In this document: positions 11,932 to 15,707 of the stretch, piece after piece
How the letters are laid out: every line of letters begins with the position of its first letter
How positions within the stretch are numbered: the stretch's first letter is position 1
NCBI GenBank assembly: GCA_039794085.1
Contig: JBDIWC010000074.1
Span: 1 to 15,707, forward strand
Length of the DNA: 15,707 bases
DNA from: Gemmatimonadales bacterium
GTDB taxonomy: Bacteria > Gemmatimonadota > Gemmatimonadetes > Gemmatimonadales > GWC2-71-9
Reading direction: 5' to 3'
Translations under genes and position numbers: made by a program
Notes under the pieces: model-generated
What the model saw: the letters and a program-made list of their open reading frames with translations, nothing else
Database searches by the model: none
What the model was told of the DNA's origin: nothing

Positions 11932-12249
11932 TTATTCTGTTTCCCGGGCGATCCACTCCAGATAGGGGGCGTGCCCGCCGGTCACCGGGAGGATGAGAAT
12001 CTCGGGCACCTGGTAGGGGTGCAGCTCCCGGAGGCGAGTGACCAGGGCGGCTTGGGAGGTCTCCCGCGTCTTGGCCTCGATCACCCACTCCTCCCCCGTT
12101 CGGACCTCACCCTCCCACCGGTATACGCTGGTAATCGGTCCCCCCACCTGAACACAAGCCGCCAGGCGTTCCTCCACCAGGGTGGTGCTGATCCGGACGG
12201 CGTCATCTCGGCTCGGAACGGTGGAGCGAATGACCACAGTGCCGGACAT
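11932..12249 (-). CDS. cutA: Divalent-cation tolerance protein CutA
   Basis: LVEERLAACVQ, SVYRWEG, LHPYQVPEI and YLEWI. ATG 12249; 105 aa. Confidence 0.93.
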   Translation of the reverse strand: MSGTVVIRSTVPSRDDAVRISTTLVEERLAACVQVGGPITSVYRWEGEVRTGEEWVIEAKTRETSQAALVTRLRELHPYQVPEILILPVTGGHAPYLEWIARETE

Positions 12250-12253
12250 GGGC

Positions 12254-12637
12254 TCAGCGGCGGGGGGGAAGTCCCGCCGTGAGGTCGGGGCCGACCCCAT
12301 CCTCGATCGGGAGGGACGCCGTTCGCCAGCCGCTGGCAAAGGTGATGGTGAGGCGGACCCCGAGAGTATCGGGGACGACGGTCCGGACATCGGGGAGGCC
12401 AAGTGCATACTCGACCGCCGCAGTGACCTGCCGTGCGCGATCGTCCGGGCTCGGTCCGGCATACGCCGCTCCGAGGGCACGGCCGATCGCGATCACCTGG
12501 GCCTGTTCCGCGCCGTACTGCGCGGCCTGATCCGCCGGCACGAGTCCGCTCTGGCTGGCGATCGGGGAATAGGCGTCGTATGTGCGACACCCGGCGAGGG
12601 AAACCACGAGGGCGGCGACGGCAAGGGCACGCAACAT
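12254..12637 (-). CDS. Hypothetical lipoprotein
   Basis: MLRALAVAALVVSLAGC gives a lipobox LAG-C; 127 aa; ends 4 nt before the cutA start. Confidence 0.75.
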   Translation of the reverse strand: MLRALAVAALVVSLAGCRTYDAYSPIASQSGLVPADQAAQYGAEQAQVIAIGRALGAAYAGPSPDDRARQVTAAVEYALGLPDVRTVVPDTLGVRLTITFASGWRTASLPIEDGVGPDLTAGLPPRR

Positions 12638-12652
12638 GGGAAGACCTATGGA

Positions 12653-12717
12653 GACAATGGACAATGAACGATGGACGATGAACAATAATCTCTCTGCTCC
12701 CTACTCCCTACTCCCTA
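12653..12717. repeat. Two heptamer tandem arrays
   Basis: GACAATG GACAATG AACGATG GACGATG AACAAT (12653-12686), then (CTCCCTA)3 (12697-12717). Confidence 0.9.
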
Positions 12718-12744
12718 AGCCGGCAAAGCCGGAACCAAAGAGGC
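12714..12744 (+). repeat. Dispersed hairpin motif, copy 2
   Basis: CCTAAGCCGGCAAAGCCGGAACCAAAGAGGC, 30/31 identical to 15592-15622. The single change is in the 3-nt loop (AAA vs AGA). Confidence 0.92.
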
Positions 12745-12866
12745 GTGTCGGGGCGCTCAGTGACTCGAGTTTACCAGACGTGTCCATCCCATTCAGTGTT
12801 GGGCTCTTCCGGCTTCGGGATGGGTTCCGGTCCTGCCCGAGTACCTCTCCCCACCCCCAGAGCCAA

Positions 12867-12962
12867 CCACAAGAAGCACAAAAGGCACAGAAATCTCTCT
12901 CGCCCCTGGTGGGACCCCATGCGCACCGAGGTGTGCCTCTTGTGACTTCTGTGCTTTTGTGG
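12867..12962. repeat. Imperfect inverted repeat built from ~9-nt CACA-based units
   Basis: Left arm CCACAAGAAGCACAAAAGGCACAGAA (12867-12892). Right arm TGTGCCTCTTGTGACTTCTGTGCTTTTGTGG (12932-12962), whose reverse complement is CCACAAAAGCACAGAAGTCACAAGAGGCACA. Confidence 0.8.
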
Positions 12963-13152
12963 CCATCCCCCTTGCACGGCGCGGCCGGGCGATCGACGGG
13001 CCTGACGGGGGGGGGCGGGGGTCGCCCAAAATATTGTTGCCGTTTTGCGTTCAATCCTGTCCGTAAGGGACTATTCCCCACTCCCCACTGCCTTATCTTG
13101 CCTTGTCGACCGCCCGTCTCCCATTCCCCTGACTCCCAATTCTGGACGACCC

Positions 13153-14781
13153 ATGAACGGATCCCCGAACATCCCCCTCCCGGTGAACGAGCCGGTGCTG
13201 AATTACGCCCCCGGCACTCCCGAACGCGACTCTCTCAAGGCCGAATTGGCGCGTCAACGGGACACGGTGGTCGACATCCCGGCAGTCGTCGGGGGCCGGG
13301 AGGTGCGCTCGGGACGGACCCACGACGTCGTGGCGCCGCACCGGCACCAGCACACGCTCGCGGTGGTCCACGAGGCCGATCCCGCCACGGTCACCTCGGC
13401 AATCGCGGCGGCCCGGGATGCCCAGGCGGAGTGGGCGTCGTGGCGGCTCGAGGATCGGGCGGCGGTGTTCCTGCGCGCGGCCGACATGTTGACGGGTCGC
13501 TGGCGCCAGGTGATCAACGCCGCGACCATGCTGGGCCAGAGCAAGACGGCCTTCCAGGCCGAGATCGACGCGGCGTGCGAGCTGGCGGATTTCCTGCGCT
13601 TCAACGCGCACTACGCCGAGCGGATCATGGCGGAGCAGCCGGCATCCTCACCGGGGGTATGGAACCGGCTCGATCACCGGCCCCTGGAAGGGTTCGTCTA
13701 CGCCATCACGCCGTTCAACTTCACGGCGATCGGAGGAAACCTCTGTGCCGCTCCCGCCCTGATGGGAAACACGGTGGTCTGGAAACCGGCCGGCACCGCC
13801 GCCCTCAGCAACTATCTGGTGTACCGGCTCTTCGAGGAGGCGGGACTCCCCCCGGGCGTGATCAATTTCGTTCCCGGGGACGCCCCCGCCATCAGCGCTC
13901 AGGTGCTGGCCGACCGGAGCCTCGCCGGGATCCACTTCACCGGATCCACCGCCGTTTTCCAGCTGCTCTGGAAGGGCGTGGCCGAGCGGCTGGAGCAGTA
14001 TGCCGGCTATCCCCGGCTGGTCGGTGAAACGGGGGGCAAGGACTTCATCGTGGCCCATCCGAGCGCCGACCCCGAGGCGCTGGCGGTGGCGATGGTTCGG
14101 GGGGCCTACGAGTACCAAGGCCAGAAGTGCAGCGCCGCGTCCCGGGCCTATGTCCCCCGCAGTCTCTGGCCCGAGGTGCGCGACCGGGTGCTGGCCATGC
14201 TGGCGGACATGCGCATGGGTGACGTGACCGACTTCCGGAACTTTCTGGGCGCTGTGATCGATGCCCGCGCCTTCGGCAAGATTCGCGGCTACATCGAGGG
14301 TGCCCGGACCGATGCCGGGGTGACGATCCTCGCCGGGGGCGGATGCGACGACCGCGAGGGCTGGTTCATCGAGCCGACGCTCCTCGAGGTGTCCGATCCC
14401 GGGTACCGCACGATGTGCGAGGAGATCTTCGGACCGGTGCTCACCGTCCATCCGTACGCCGATGACACCTGGGAGGAGATGCTGCGACTGGTGGACTCGA
14501 CGAGCCCGTACGCCCTCACCGGAGCCGTCTTTGCGCGGGATCGCGGCGCGCTCCGTACCGCCGACCGGATCCTCCGCCACGCCGCGGGCAACTACTACAT
14601 CAACGACAAGCCGACCGGCGCGGTCGTGGGCCAGCAGCCGTTCGGGGGGGGACGGGCAAGCGGGACCAACGACAAGGCGGGATCGATCCTGAATCTGCTC
14701 CGCTGGGTGTCGCCCCGGACCATCAAGGAGACCTCCGACGCGCCGCGAACCTGGCAGTACCCGTTCATGAAGGGCGAATGA
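13153..14781 (+). CDS. pruA: L-glutamate gamma-semialdehyde (P5C) dehydrogenase
   Basis: ALDH with AATMLGQSK, ITPFNFTAIGGNL, FTGST, catalytic Glu (GETGGKDF), catalytic Cys (YQGQKCSAAS) and PFGGGRASGTNDKAG. Start moved to ATG 13153; 542 aa. Confidence 0.94.
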   Translation: MNGSPNIPLPVNEPVLNYAPGTPERDSLKAELARQRDTVVDIPAVVGGREVRSGRTHDVVAPHRHQHTLAVVHEADPATVTSAIAAARDAQAEWASWRLEDRAAVFLRAADMLTGRWRQVINAATMLGQSKTAFQAEIDAACELADFLRFNAHYAERIMAEQPASSPGVWNRLDHRPLEGFVYAITPFNFTAIGGNLCAAPALMGNTVVWKPAGTAALSNYLVYRLFEEAGLPPGVINFVPGDAPAISAQVLADRSLAGIHFTGSTAVFQLLWKGVAERLEQYAGYPRLVGETGGKDFIVAHPSADPEALAVAMVRGAYEYQGQKCSAASRAYVPRSLWPEVRDRVLAMLADMRMGDVTDFRNFLGAVIDARAFGKIRGYIEGARTDAGVTILAGGGCDDREGWFIEPTLLEVSDPGYRTMCEEIFGPVLTVHPYADDTWEEMLRLVDSTSPYALTGAVFARDRGALRTADRILRHAAGNYYINDKPTGAVVGQQPFGGGRASGTNDKAGSILNLLRWVSPRTIKETSDAPRTWQYPFMKGE

Positions 14782-15551
14782 CCTTGCGGAGCGCGCTGCT
14801 CCTGGCGCTCCTGACTGGCGCGTCGGGGGGGGGTGACCAGGAACGGATCTCCTGGACCTCTCCTCCTCCCGGGGCTGCGTGCGGCACGTGGCGTGAAACG
14901 GCGACGACCACCCTCCGCTCCCAGATCGGAGTGCGCGACCGCGTGGAGGAGGTGCGCCGGGAGGGAGTGCTCCAGGTCCGGACCAGCCCCGACACGGGGG
15001 GAGTGCTCCTCGAGGCCTGGTATGACTCGCTGGCGCTCCGGCGTTCCAGCCCCGAAGGGACCCTGGTCCCGGAAACGGATGGATTCCTCGGCGGGCGCTA
15101 CGGCGGTGTCCTCACCGCCGAAGGGCGATACCACCGGTCGGAGGTGCCGTTTGTCCCCGGCACCGTCAGCGAGGTGACCGATCTCCAGGGGACGCTGGAC
15201 GACTTTTTCCCCCATCTCCCCTCAGGTTTCCTCACGGAGGGAGAGTTGGATCGGCAGGAAGATCTGGCCATCGAGCGCCTCAGCGACTCGGCGGGCCTGA
15301 TCCGGTTCCGGTGGAGCCGAACCGGAGAGCCCGACACCGTGGTGGCCGATTCGGGCCAAGTTCGGGCCGTTCAGGAGGTGCGCGAAATCGGGGCGCTCAT
15401 CTGGCACCGCACCCGGGGGCCGATCGGCTGGACCCGGGCGCTCACGGTCGATGCGGATGTGCGAGGAAGCGCCGCCATCGGGCGGATCCGGACTCGGGCG
15501 GAGCAGGAGATCGCGGTGAGCCGGGTGGAGGGATGCGGAGGTAGGGAGTAG
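14778..15551 (+). CDS. Exported hypothetical protein, translationally coupled to pruA
   Basis: ATGA overlap with the pruA stop, signal-peptide-like N-terminus (MTLRSALLLALLTGA), 257 aa with protein-like composition. No family recognised. Confidence 0.7.
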   Translation: MTLRSALLLALLTGASGGGDQERISWTSPPPGAACGTWRETATTTLRSQIGVRDRVEEVRREGVLQVRTSPDTGGVLLEAWYDSLALRRSSPEGTLVPETDGFLGGRYGGVLTAEGRYHRSEVPFVPGTVSEVTDLQGTLDDFFPHLPSGFLTEGELDRQEDLAIERLSDSAGLIRFRWSRTGEPDTVVADSGQVRAVQEVREIGALIWHRTRGPIGWTRALTVDADVRGSAAIGRIRTRAEQEIAVSRVEGCGGRE

Positions 15552-15595
15552 GGAGTAGGGAGGCTTGTCCTGATGTCCTGATGTCCTATGTCCTA
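15541..15595. repeat. Two heptamer/octamer tandem arrays
   Basis: (GTAGGGA)3 at 15541-15561, then TGTCCTGA x2 and TGTCCTA x2 at 15566-15595. Confidence 0.92.
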
Positions 15596-15622
15596 AGCCG
15601 GCAGAGCCGGAACCAAAGAGGC
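15592..15622 (+). repeat. Dispersed hairpin motif, copy 3
   Basis: CCTAAGCCGGCAGAGCCGGAACCAAAGAGGC. Confidence 0.92.
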
Positions 15623-15707
15623 TTACACACTCGGAGCCACAGATACTGCCCGGGTATGCTCGCGGTCTGCGGGGTTCCTACTCCCAAGACCAGATGCGGC
15701 CCGACAC

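Noticed and set aside
13045..13152. N-terminal extensions given by the ORF track for pruA (and for ACAD, yitJ, yggU, GNAT, cutA and the lipoprotein)
   Set aside because: The extensions are low-complexity or overlap neighbouring genes. Downstream starts fit family N-termini, SD sites or stop/start overlaps better.
12582..14027. 481-aa plus-strand ORF and small ORFs in the 12638-13152 intergenic region
   Set aside because: They are translations of repeat DNA running out of frame into pruA, with low-complexity Arg/Pro/Gly-rich sequence.
10190..15622. The three 23-31-bp palindromic repeats as a CRISPR array
   Set aside because: Copies are 2.5-2.9 kb apart, in mixed orientation, separated by housekeeping genes, and there are no cas genes.

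Overview
High-GC bacterial chromosomal window; the gene set is compatible with a Gemmatimonadota-like organism, but that is inference. Gene order: the 3' tip and right end of an IS4-family element (3-111); then on the minus strand dacB (PBP4), a short/branched-chain acyl-CoA dehydrogenase, a YitJ-type homocysteine methyltransferase/MTHFR fusion coupled to metH, a SAM-II riboswitch, yggU (DUF167) and yggT; a divergent yaiI/yqxD gene that appears to start at CTG; a minus-strand cluster (GNAT, small Cys-rich membrane protein, Yip1, cutA, lipoprotein); and plus-strand pruA with a coupled exported hypothetical protein. The genes are mostly housekeeping, so the interesting signal is non-coding. (1) A composite repeat occurs three times: two different heptamer tandem arrays followed at once by the hairpin motif CCTAAGCCGGCARAGCCGGAACC. 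The arrays supply the TAG stop of three genes, and one array directly abuts the IS4 end. (2) The SAM-II aptamer lacks a Shine-Dalgarno in its pseudoknot and is followed by a separate hairpin. (3) A perfect Rex/CRP-type palindrome lies between yggT and yaiI. All calls were made by eye; no searches were run.
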